A stretch of 64,000 nt of DNA, from NCBI GenBank assembly GCA_048937405.1, contig JBHLNF010000009.1, positions 128,001-192,000 of the forward strand. Direction: 5' to 3'. Both the position numbers and the translations under genes were made by a program. Shown one piece after another: positions 31,168 through 40,980 of this stretch (the stretch's first letter is position 1; each line of letters starts with the position of its first letter). A model generated the notes under the pieces. The model did no database searches. It saw nothing but the letters and a program-made list of their open reading frames with translations, and was not told where the DNA came from. Source of the DNA: Promethearchaeota archaeon. GTDB lineage: Archaea; Asgardarchaeota; Lokiarchaeia; Sigyniarchaeales; SOKP01.

Positions 31168-33111
31168 TTACTCCTCCTTCTCGATTGCTTTATTTGGGCA
31201 AATTTCTTCACATATCCCACATCCTAGACATAAATTTGGATCAATAAATGCAAATTCTTCTTTTGAATCAATGGCAGGACATATTAATTTATTATAACAT
31301 AGCCCACAATTATTACATAATTCAGGATTAACATATCTTATCGTTGGAGCCTCTCTTTTAATTGTTTTTTGTTTACACTCATCCCTAATAAGAATAACAT
31401 GCAATCTTTTATTTTCTATCACATCAACTCCTTTTTCATAAATAAGTTTTGTTAGATTTGATAAATATTTTTCATCAGCATTTTCATAATGATTAATTGT
31501 AGTAATACTCGCACCTGTACCATGTAAGAAATCTTCCAAATTTATTGCTTCTTTTGATGGTCCCTCCTTATAGTAACGGGTATCACTCCCTGGATTTGGT
31601 TGTTGTCCTGTCATTCCAATCCATCCATTATCTAGTATTAAAACTAAAATTGGAGTTTTATTATATATTCCATTTATTAGCGCAGGTATTCCAGAATGAA
31701 AAAAAGTTCCATCACCAATAATAGCTATATTAAGACTTTCGCTTGTTCGAGCAACTCCTTGAGCTAAGGCAATACTAGAACCCATACAATATTTAACATT
31801 AGCAAAAGAAAAAGGAGGTAAAGCTAAAAGTGTATAACATCCAATATCTTGATAAAAATAAATATCTTTTCCTTTTTTTAATTTGATTTTTTTAACAGCT
31901 TTTTGTAGAGCATATCCTGTTGTTCTGTGGGGGCATCCCGCACATAATACGGCTTGTCTTGCCATTAAATTATACTTTTTCTTATTAATTTGCCCTAAAT
32001 CTATTTTTGGTTTTAAATTTATTATTTTCACTAACGCTAGAGCAACTTTGGTAGGATTTAACTCTCCTACCATAGATAATAAAGTACTTTCTTTAGAGTA
32101 TGAAAATGGGTCTTTCCCATGAATTTTTACATTAATTCTATTTTTTTGGGCAATTGCAAGTATTTGTGTTTCAATAAAGCTGTCATTTTCTTCAATTACA
32201 AATATCTGTTTAAATTTCCTTAAAAATTCAACCACTTTTCTTTCTGGAAGTGGATTTATAAAGCCAATCTTGAGTATTGGAGCTTCAAGTTCTAAAAAAT
32301 CTAAGGCTTCATTTGTATAACTATATGATACACCACAGGTGATAATTCCTAAATCATATTGATTTTTTGAGTTTTCATTTACAATTTTGTTCAATGAACT
32401 ATTTTCTGACATCTCTAATGCTCTTTTAAGCCTATTATATATTTGGTCCTCTTTTAACTCTAAAAAATAAACTCTTGAAGCAACGTTAACTTCCTTAGAT
32501 AAATCAAAGTTCTCTTCCATCCCTGAAGGTTTTATCTCTCCAATTACCACATTACTTCTGGCATGAGAAATCATTGTAACAGTTCTTAGAATAACTGGAA
32601 GTTTCAACTCTTTTGAAATATTGAATGCTTCTTTGGTAAATTCCAAGCATTCCTGAGGATTACTCGGTTCTAACGCCGGGATTTTAAAGATTTTTAAGAA
32701 ATAACGTGAGTCCATTTCTACAGCACTCGAATACTGCTGAGGATCATCTGCAACTAAGATGACCATAGCAGAATTCTCATTCTTCGGACGTGTAGTAGCA
32801 AGAGCAAATAATGGATCAGAGGCAACATTCAATCCTGCATTTTTCATTCCTACCATAGCTTTTGCTCCTCGAGCATAAGCAGCACCTGCAACCTCTAATG
32901 CAACCTTTTCATTGATACTACACTCTACCCATCTCATTCCCACTTCTCTAAAAAATTCTATAAAATTCTCTCCCACTTCTGAGCTTGGTGTACCTGGATA
33001 AAAAGTATAAATATCAATCCCGCTTTCTATAGCACCACGTACTATCGCTTCGTTCCCAAGAAAGAATTTTTCTGTCCCCGGTTTACCCTTTACAATTTTA
33101 TTATAACTCAT
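31168..33111 (-). CDS. iorA: Indolepyruvate:ferredoxin oxidoreductase alpha subunit (start 33111 preferred over 33150)
   Basis: LGNEAIVRG, YPGTPSSE, NEKVALE, LCAGCPH, DIGCY, GDGTFFHSG, MTGQQ, C-terminal ferredoxin. Confidence 0.93.
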   Translation of the reverse strand: MSYNKIVKGKPGTEKFFLGNEAIVRGAIESGIDIYTFYPGTPSSEVGENFIEFFREVGMRWVECSINEKVALEVAGAAYARGAKAMVGMKNAGLNVASDPLFALATTRPKNENSAMVILVADDPQQYSSAVEMDSRYFLKIFKIPALEPSNPQECLEFTKEAFNISKELKLPVILRTVTMISHARSNVVIGEIKPSGMEENFDLSKEVNVASRVYFLELKEDQIYNRLKRALEMSENSSLNKIVNENSKNQYDLGIITCGVSYSYTNEALDFLELEAPILKIGFINPLPERKVVEFLRKFKQIFVIEENDSFIETQILAIAQKNRINVKIHGKDPFSYSKESTLLSMVGELNPTKVALALVKIINLKPKIDLGQINKKKYNLMARQAVLCAGCPHRTTGYALQKAVKKIKLKKGKDIYFYQDIGCYTLLALPPFSFANVKYCMGSSIALAQGVARTSESLNIAIIGDGTFFHSGIPALINGIYNKTPILVLILDNGWIGMTGQQPNPGSDTRYYKEGPSKEAINLEDFLHGTGASITTINHYENADEKYLSNLTKLIYEKGVDVIENKRLHVILIRDECKQKTIKREAPTIRYVNPELCNNCGLCYNKLICPAIDSKEEFAFIDPNLCLGCGICEEICPNKAIEKEE

Positions 33112-33280
33112 AGGTATTAAAAAAAAAAAATCGTAATTTATGATTAACAAAGACCATTATTGCTTATAATTTATCACGTTAAGAATTATATCTTACCTGA
33201 CTAAATTTTTATGGATTAGTCAATCTAAATATCTTGATTAATCAATACTATTTATAAGAATTATTTAATTTTAAAGAAGC

Positions 33281-33928
33281 ATGGAATTTTTAATTATTTT
33301 CATAACATATGGGCTTTTATTTCTTGGTGAACTTGGAGACAAGACACAGTTAATTGTATTTAATCTAGCTTTAGAATATAAGAAGTTTTATAAAGTTGGA
33401 ATAGGAGTTACTCTTGGATTTGCAGTTTTGGTAACAATCGGTGTTTTTTTCGGAGTAGTTATTACTCAATTTGTCCCAATTTTCATAATTTCAATAATTT
33501 CTGGAATCGTATTTATCACAATAGGGATTTTAGAAGCAACAAATATCAAGAAACTCTATCTAGAGAGAAATTCTAAAGATCCTAACATTGCAAATAGTGA
33601 AAATAACCAAGATAGTATTGAAGATAAGAAAGAAATACCATCAATATTATCAAAATTTAAAAATAATCCATATATTGCGGGTTTTATATATATATTTTTA
33701 ATGGAGTTAGGAGATAAAACCCAAATTTTAACAATTACTCTTGCTTCCCAATATGGACTCCCTCTTGAAGTATGGTTAGGATCTTTTTTCGCTCTAATTT
33801 CTGTGGCATGGATAGGAATTCTTTTTGGAGCTTTTATTTCTCAAAAGGTGTCAAAATTTTATTTAAAATTAATTTCTACGTCAATTTTTATTTTTGTTGG
33901 GATCTTAATCTTAATAATTTCTTTATGA
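33281..33928 (+). CDS. TMEM165/GDT1 (UPF0016) cation transporter
   Basis: Two ELGDKTQ motifs. Confidence 0.93.
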   Translation: MEFLIIFITYGLLFLGELGDKTQLIVFNLALEYKKFYKVGIGVTLGFAVLVTIGVFFGVVITQFVPIFIISIISGIVFITIGILEATNIKKLYLERNSKDPNIANSENNQDSIEDKKEIPSILSKFKNNPYIAGFIYIFLMELGDKTQILTITLASQYGLPLEVWLGSFFALISVAWIGILFGAFISQKVSKFYLKLISTSIFIFVGILILIISL

Positions 33929-34160
33929 ATTCTTTTTAATCTTTATTCTAGTATCATTGTTTGGGGTCGAAGAAATAAATAAAATTAATTTTAAAATATT
34001 TATATAAATCAAAATAATTTTTCTTATCACTTGATTATTCTTATTTTACTAAAATGTAAAAAATTAAGTTAAATATTTATATCCGTACTTTTTAAGATTC
34101 CTTACGTAATGAAATCTTATTAATAAATGAAATAAAATTTTTGAACTAAGGTAATTAAAA

Positions 34161-35783
34161 ATGAGATTTAGAAAAGACAAAACAACTACTATCTTTCTTC
34201 TAGTATCGTTAATATCAATTAGCATCATAAATAGTAGTTTTATCTTATATAAACCTACTAGAGTTTCCAAAAATCAAGAAACTGATGAACTAATGTATGA
34301 AAATCTTAAACTTTCATTAATTCAAGATTGGAATACATCTTGGGATATCGGAGATAACGAGTATGGATATGGTATTGCTGTAGAGGAATCAACTGGAGCA
34401 ATTTATGTTACAGGATATAATGAATCAACTGAAAGTGACGTGGTTTTAATAAAATATGATAACAATGGAGAAGAGCTTTGGAATGTTACATTCGATAACG
34501 GAGATAATGAATTTGGATATGATGTAGCAATAGATTCTTTGGGAAATGTTTATGTTGCGGGTGCAAATGGAACTTTTTATCCTTATTGGGATGTTCTTCT
34601 ATTAAAATATAATAGTTCCGGTCATTTCGAATGGGCACGATCCTGGAGTAGACAATTTGATGATGCTGCTTGGAGTATAGATATTGATACTGATAATAAT
34701 ATTTATTTGACAGGAACCACATATACAACTTCATCTGATTTATTAATATTAAAATACGATAGTTCAGGGAACTATAAATGGAATTCAACTATTTATGCTC
34801 CAGAATCACAAGTAGGCTATGATCTTGTTTTAGATTCAATGAACAATATTTATATAGCAGGGATTAATGGATCAATAACGACAGAATACGATGTATATAC
34901 AGCAAAATTCGATAGTTCTGGAAATCAAATATGGAATCAAACATGGGGACAATATGGATTAACGGATCAAGGATTTGGCGTAGCACTTGATTCAAATAAT
35001 AACGTTTATGTAACAGGCAAAACTGAGAGTTATGGTGCAATTGTTTATGATTATATCACCATTAAGTACGATAATGATGGCAACTGGAAATGGAATCAAA
35101 CGTGGGGAACAAATTGGGAGGATATGGCACAAAGCATTGCAGTAGACTCTGATAATAACATATATACATGTGGATATACGACAATGTGTAATGTAAGTAT
35201 AGTAAAGTATAGTAATTCTGGAGATTTGATATGGGAGAAAACTTGGGCTAATAATTCTATTTATGAATATTGGTGGAACGATATGGTTATTGATTCTTTA
35301 GACAGGATTTATATTACAGGCTATAATCGTACAGATTCATTTGGAATTTATGATATTTTTACAACTAAATTTTCAATTGAATCTCCCGCAAGCTTTAATT
35401 TAACTGCGGATTGTGGAGCTATAGATGATGACGGTATTTTCAATCTAAACTGGACTTTAGCTCCAAGAGCAGTCAATTATTCGATTTACCAATATAATAC
35501 TTATATCTCTGAAATCAATGATACTTTAACATCAATAGTGAATCAGACCCAAGCATTATCTCTTCCATTAAGTGGGTATTCTAATGGTACTTATTACTTT
35601 AAGGGTGTAGCATTCAATATTTTTGGAAATAGTTCTTCAAATTGTATTAGTGTAGCTGTCGAGATTCCTCCTGAAGATGAAGAAACTGAACCTTTTATAC
35701 CAGGCTATAATTTGATGTTTGTGATAATTGGATTTGCTGCTATAGTTTCGATTTTAATATATCGACGATTAAAATTAAAATAA
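34161..35783 (+). CDS. Surface SBBP-type beta-propeller protein with IPGY-TM-basic (Loki-CTERM-like) tail
   Basis: Repeats D..gN.YvtG....D...KYd..G...W..tw; C-terminus IPGYNLMFVIIGFAAIVSILIYRRLKLK. Confidence 0.85.
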   Translation: MRFRKDKTTTIFLLVSLISISIINSSFILYKPTRVSKNQETDELMYENLKLSLIQDWNTSWDIGDNEYGYGIAVEESTGAIYVTGYNESTESDVVLIKYDNNGEELWNVTFDNGDNEFGYDVAIDSLGNVYVAGANGTFYPYWDVLLLKYNSSGHFEWARSWSRQFDDAAWSIDIDTDNNIYLTGTTYTTSSDLLILKYDSSGNYKWNSTIYAPESQVGYDLVLDSMNNIYIAGINGSITTEYDVYTAKFDSSGNQIWNQTWGQYGLTDQGFGVALDSNNNVYVTGKTESYGAIVYDYITIKYDNDGNWKWNQTWGTNWEDMAQSIAVDSDNNIYTCGYTTMCNVSIVKYSNSGDLIWEKTWANNSIYEYWWNDMVIDSLDRIYITGYNRTDSFGIYDIFTTKFSIESPASFNLTADCGAIDDDGIFNLNWTLAPRAVNYSIYQYNTYISEINDTLTSIVNQTQALSLPLSGYSNGTYYFKGVAFNIFGNSSSNCISVAVEIPPEDEETEPFIPGYNLMFVIIGFAAIVSILIYRRLKLK

Positions 35784-36091
35784 TTTATTTATACCTTTTT
35801 TTTATTTTTGGTTATTGTCAACTTTTTTTTAGTGTAGTTATTACTCAAATTATTATAATTTTTAGGGATTTCATGTTTCTATCTCTTTTAGGACATAGTT
35901 TATAACTATAATGTTAAAATTCTGCAAGATACTTTAATGTTAAAAGAAAATTTTATGTAAAAGATTATATCACAAATTTCTTGAAAAGTCAATATAAAAT
36001 AAAATAAGTTTAATGTTAAATTATATCTATTAATATGTGTGAAAAAGGATTTAGATAAAATCAAAATCAAGTTGATTTTATTTTCTTAAGT

Positions 36092-36445
36092 TTATTGTTC
36101 AAAAGCTTTCTGTTTTTCAATCTTTTCTTGAGTAATAGCTTTTAACTCTTTTTGTAGAATTTTGAGTTTTTTCTGATTCAATTTTTTAAGTTCTTTCTTT
36201 AAAGGTTGTGCCGCAATAATCAAATCTCTCTTCCTTTGTTTGAACACTTTCTCTCTCGATTCCCATTCTTTAAATACCTCTTCAATCTTATAAAATTCAT
36301 CACGAATTACATTTAATTTTGACTCAATCTCATTGATCTTAGGGTCATATTCCTGATTTATCCGGGTAATAATATATTGTTCCTTTTTCTTTGCTCCTTC
36401 TTCGATTTTTTTAATTTGGTCTTTTAAGGTATTATCAATTTCCAT
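36092..36445 (-). CDS. Coiled-coil protein (paralog of 49779-50171)
   Basis: QI....AK.KE.Y...RIN.E.D.KI.E.E shared between the two. Confidence 0.75.
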   Translation of the reverse strand: MEIDNTLKDQIKKIEEGAKKKEQYIITRINQEYDPKINEIESKLNVIRDEFYKIEEVFKEWESREKVFKQRKRDLIIAAQPLKKELKKLNQKKLKILQKELKAITQEKIEKQKAFEQ

Positions 36446-36554
36446 TGATTTTTATTTCACCAATTATTTTTTCTTTAATCCTTTTATAATAATATTATTA
36501 TAAAAAAATTCTTAATTTTTTATGCATTAGAACAAGTTTAAAAAAATAAAAGAA

Positions 36555-37022
36555 TTATTGATTTGAATTATGTGCTTTTTCTTCTGATTTAATATTTTTT
36601 TGGGAGAGTTCTTCAAATCTGGGTATTAATATTATCATAATTCCACTTCCAATTGCTCCACCTAAAGCTCCAAATAAAAAACCAAAGAGTATTATCAAGA
36701 TAAGAATTATTAAACCATAACCTAAACCTCCAAAGATTAATCCTGCAAATTGATCCAAATTTGTATAAAAATTCTTTGCTATCATTAAATAAATTAGATA
36801 GAAAATCCATACTAAAGAAACACCAAGAGCTCCACAATATATCCCCCGTCGCATAGTTTTATTGAATAATCCTCCTATTATACCAGGAATTATAATTAAT
36901 TGCCAAATTTCAGCATAAGTCAGAGCAAATGTTAGAAGTCCTGTAATTATAAATGCAATTAGGAAATTTCTAGTATCTGGATTTACAACTAATTTGGTCA
37001 TTTTTATTTTAATTCTTAGCAC
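36555..37022 (-). CDS. Membrane protein, Gly-rich TM helices
   Basis: About 4 TM helices; overlaps the end of the acylase gene. Confidence 0.75.
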   Translation of the reverse strand: MLRIKIKMTKLVVNPDTRNFLIAFIITGLLTFALTYAEIWQLIIIPGIIGGLFNKTMRRGIYCGALGVSLVWIFYLIYLMIAKNFYTNLDQFAGLIFGGLGYGLIILILIILFGFLFGALGGAIGSGIMIILIPRFEELSQKNIKSEEKAHNSNQ

Positions 37023-39753
37023 CTCCTCTTTTCTCCTTAAAATCCCGAAATTTAGAACGAATTAAGTCCCTTTTATAGTATCCAACTACAATAATTACGA
37101 TACCTACTGTAAATCCTACAATTAAGGATGTTGTCAAAATAATTATAAATTCTGGATCTTCTTTATTAAGAAATCTAATTCGTGATTCAACATGGTTTTG
37201 TGGATAATCTTCCCAGGAATCATAGAAATATTGTTGATGATATTTACCTTTCAAAAATAATTCTTCAAGTTGATCAGAATAATGCTTAGAGTTTGATATA
37301 GCTCTTTGTCCAGAAGGGATTGCACTCCAACAATTTTGTAAATCACTAAAATCAACTATGAATCTTTCAGATGCTCCCCATCTGGCATAACCAATTCCAT
37401 CTCTGATACTCACTCCTGATGGATTAACTGTATATCCTTCTCCATCTCCTTCATATGGACCTCTGTTAAGACTATCAAATCCAGGAAGTAAATGAGGAAA
37501 AAGAAGCTGATGCATATCCCCCCATCTCCAAGAATTGACATCACTAGTACCATAGAATTCTAAAAGAGATTCTATTGTGGAATCCATAGCTTTTATAATT
37601 ATTTGGGATCTATTTTCTATCTCGGGTGTGTTTATATCATCAAACCATTTAGAAGTTGGTTCATCTCGAGTTAATCCCTCTAGTACATTTAATGGTGGAT
37701 TCATGGGAGCATCAGCAGCATCAAATTCATCATTAAAAGTGTAATTTTCATAAAAATCTCGCCATTTACGATAAATAGTGGGGGCTGATAAATCTTTATC
37801 CATATCATAATTCCAATTCTTTAATTGAGTTAAAACTTCTTGAATTATTTTTATTTTTTCAGAAGAAGGTAAATTTTCAATTTCATCAATAAGATAGGGA
37901 ATAAAGGCTCTTGCTGGAGTTGATTTGACGTCTAATTGAATTTCTTTCATTCTTTCAATCCCAACTGTTCCATCTGCAGAATTATTAAGTAATTCATTGA
38001 TTCTTCTCCCCCTATAACCTGAACTATAACTAGATTGAAGAGCATATTTTTTATATTCTGGACCAGCTACTATTTGATTCGCTGATTGTATATAATGTTG
38101 TGATGAATTTTCAGTGTGTGGTAATTCTTCAAATGGAATATAGTCTATCCATTCTCCTTCACCATTAGATCCATTATATGGTAATGTACCATTACCTAAA
38201 TATCCTAAAGCTATTAAGCTGTCATCTCTAATTGGCACTAATCCAGTAGGTCTCATAGCAATAGTACCATGTACATCTGCATATACGTGATTCTGTGCAG
38301 GACAATGAAAATCTCTCGAATATTGATTGAATTGAGTTCTATCTGTCGCATGATTATAACCATACAATGCTAAAAACTCTCTAGTGATGTTATTTCCTGT
38401 CCATTTGGGTGCTAATACAATTTTTTGTGAATCTAATGAATCAGGAACTGCATCATCAAGAAAATCATTAAGAACAGGTCCATGTACAGTATCTTTAACC
38501 GTAAAAATCTGAGATCCTTTATCTTTAACATTAATAGTATAATTCCTAGTAGTATAAGGGATTTCTGTATTATTATAAATATAATGATTATCGTCGGTTT
38601 CTTCATAGTAATACCAATCCATAACATCATAGCCAGTGTTTGTAAATCCCCATGCTACGTATTCATTATGGCCAACTATAACTATATTGGCACCTGCAAG
38701 AGTAAATCCATAGACATTTAAACCTGTATCTTCAGTAATTAAATGAGCCTCATACCATATTCCAGGCATGTTCCATGCTAAATGCATATCATTACATAAA
38801 ATTGGTTTACCTGTACTACTTTTCACACCATCAACAACCCAATTATTTGAGCCAATCGTATTCTCTTCTTGAAGTTCTAGTAACGTTTTTTCTGAAGGGA
38901 TCTTCTCGATATCATTTAAAAATTTAGAAATAGTATGCATAACACTTGAACTTATCTTTAATGGACCACCATCATAGATGAGTTCCGAACTATCATTATA
39001 GCTACCATAATTAGGGCATATAGGCACCTGACCATATGTTGCATATCCAAGTAATTCAGTGTAATTAGCACTTCCAATTCCCTCAAAAGTTTGTAATCTA
39101 TACAAATCATCATAACCCCATGTAAGCATTTTAGCCATATATTTATCAAAACATAGTGTATCTATTGGTTCCCATTTTGTAGGTTTGAATCCTAATATTG
39201 CGTATTCTATTGGGAATTCACCTTGATGAGACTTGATATAATGATTTACTCCATCGGAATAACTCTCAAGTAAATTATAAAAATTATTTTCCCCTGCTTC
39301 TTGACTTAATTTCATATCATCAAGAGTTTTTTCTGCCCAATATTCCATTCCCATAGCAAGATTATACTTATCCTCTTCAAGAGCCAATTCACCAACAATT
39401 TCAGAAAGTTTTCCTCTTACATTCCTACGTGCTATATCCATTTGAAATAATCGATCTTGTGCATGAACATATCCTAAGGCGAAGCTAAGATCTTCTTCAG
39501 TAGACGCATAAATATGAGGTATACCCCATTCGTCGCGATAAACGGTAACAGAACTATTCAATCCTGGAAAGTATACAGTTTCATGTTCTGGAACTTCTCC
39601 TGGAACATTCCAAAGACCTCTTCCAGGAAAAAGGATATTTCCAAGTGGTGCTATTATACTTATAAGTGGAATTGAGAGAATTGTCATAATAATGACAGTT
39701 ATAAAAATAGTAGTAACTAACTTTCCTATATTTTTTTTATTTTGAATTCTCAT
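37009..39753 (-). CDS. Penicillin acylase family (peptidase S45) Ntn hydrolase, with hydrophobic segments at both termini
   Basis: RDEWGIPHIYA, AQDRLFQMD, GSNNW, NDMHL, HGP, SAN. Confidence 0.93.
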   Translation of the reverse strand: MRIQNKKNIGKLVTTIFITVIIMTILSIPLISIIAPLGNILFPGRGLWNVPGEVPEHETVYFPGLNSSVTVYRDEWGIPHIYASTEEDLSFALGYVHAQDRLFQMDIARRNVRGKLSEIVGELALEEDKYNLAMGMEYWAEKTLDDMKLSQEAGENNFYNLLESYSDGVNHYIKSHQGEFPIEYAILGFKPTKWEPIDTLCFDKYMAKMLTWGYDDLYRLQTFEGIGSANYTELLGYATYGQVPICPNYGSYNDSSELIYDGGPLKISSSVMHTISKFLNDIEKIPSEKTLLELQEENTIGSNNWVVDGVKSSTGKPILCNDMHLAWNMPGIWYEAHLITEDTGLNVYGFTLAGANIVIVGHNEYVAWGFTNTGYDVMDWYYYEETDDNHYIYNNTEIPYTTRNYTINVKDKGSQIFTVKDTVHGPVLNDFLDDAVPDSLDSQKIVLAPKWTGNNITREFLALYGYNHATDRTQFNQYSRDFHCPAQNHVYADVHGTIAMRPTGLVPIRDDSLIALGYLGNGTLPYNGSNGEGEWIDYIPFEELPHTENSSQHYIQSANQIVAGPEYKKYALQSSYSSGYRGRRINELLNNSADGTVGIERMKEIQLDVKSTPARAFIPYLIDEIENLPSSEKIKIIQEVLTQLKNWNYDMDKDLSAPTIYRKWRDFYENYTFNDEFDAADAPMNPPLNVLEGLTRDEPTSKWFDDINTPEIENRSQIIIKAMDSTIESLLEFYGTSDVNSWRWGDMHQLLFPHLLPGFDSLNRGPYEGDGEGYTVNPSGVSIRDGIGYARWGASERFIVDFSDLQNCWSAIPSGQRAISNSKHYSDQLEELFLKGKYHQQYFYDSWEDYPQNHVESRIRFLNKEDPEFIIILTTSLIVGFTVGIVIIVVGYYKRDLIRSKFRDFKEKRGGAKN

Positions 39754-39989
39754 TAGTGAAATTCTCTTTTTTTTTACTTTTTTTTGATAAATAAGATTAA
39801 TTACATTACAATTTCTATGAACTAATATAAAAAAGTTTAATTCTTTTCTGAAATATTTGACTTTTTAAGTGAAAAAAATAAGATGAGACATTTTCTTCTT
39901 TCTTTATTTTCAATTTTTTAAGTTCATATTTATACGTTAGATTCATTTTATAGAATAAATATCAAATATAATAATAATATGTTTTAGCT

Positions 39990-40871
39990 ATGTTAGAAAA
40001 TACTAAAATAATTGTGGATCTTGAATCTTGTACTAAATGTAAGGCATGCGTGAATGTATGTCGGCATTTCATTTTTGAGTCAGATAATTTAAGTTTTGAT
40101 AAAGAGGCAGATGAATTTTGTATTGAGTGTGGAAAATGTGTTGCTGTTTGCCCTGTTAATGCTATTAAACTCAAAATTCATAAAGACGAAATTCTTGAGG
40201 ATGTTCCTACTGATGAATATATACCCTCTTTTAAGACTTTATCTAATCTTTTCAAAATACGAAGGTCGAGAAGACAATTTAAAGATAAAAGTGTTCCAAA
40301 AGAATTAATTGAGAAGATATTGAATGTAGCAGGGAGATATTCTGCAACAGGGCATAATGAAGAAAATGTATATTTTACTATTGTTCAAGATTGTGAAACA
40401 TTAGAGAATCTTACTAATGAGATAAATAATCAGATTAAGGGACTGGTAGAATCATTTGAAGATCCTCAAAGAAAAAAATTCTTAGAAAAATCCTTTCCCT
40501 CTAATATCATTGACAGATTTAAAGATATTCTCCCTACATTTAAAAGAATATTAAAAAGAATAGAACTTGGTAAAGAAATTTGGCGTTGGGGTGCAGAAAT
40601 TATAATAATCCATTCTCCTAAGACTTCAATGACATTAAAAGATAATTGTGCCTTAGCAGCGTGCCAGATTATGCTCGCTGCTGAAACATTAGGACTAGGT
40701 ACTTGCTCCTTGGGTTTTATGACTAATTTCTTTTCAACATTAAGATCAACAAGAAAAATTGTAAATCTCCCAAGAAACCATGTTGTTGGTTATACATTGG
40801 CAATTGGATACCCAAAAGCTCAATATCATAGAATTCCTGCTCGAAAACCTCTTAAAGCTACATGGCTTTAA
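39990..40871 (+). CDS. Nitroreductase family protein with N-terminal ferredoxin
   Basis: CTKCKAC, CIECGKCVAVCP, RRSRRQF, LGLGTC. Confidence 0.9.
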   Translation: MLENTKIIVDLESCTKCKACVNVCRHFIFESDNLSFDKEADEFCIECGKCVAVCPVNAIKLKIHKDEILEDVPTDEYIPSFKTLSNLFKIRRSRRQFKDKSVPKELIEKILNVAGRYSATGHNEENVYFTIVQDCETLENLTNEINNQIKGLVESFEDPQRKKFLEKSFPSNIIDRFKDILPTFKRILKRIELGKEIWRWGAEIIIIHSPKTSMTLKDNCALAACQIMLAAETLGLGTCSLGFMTNFFSTLRSTRKIVNLPRNHVVGYTLAIGYPKAQYHRIPARKPLKATWL

Positions 40872-40980
40872 AAAATTAATGCGTTGCTTAATAATCCAAA
40901 TATTTATTCCATTTTTGTTTTATATTGCTATTAGAGATTATTTCCAAGAAAAAAAAGATCCTCAAATAGAAAAAAGAGGA

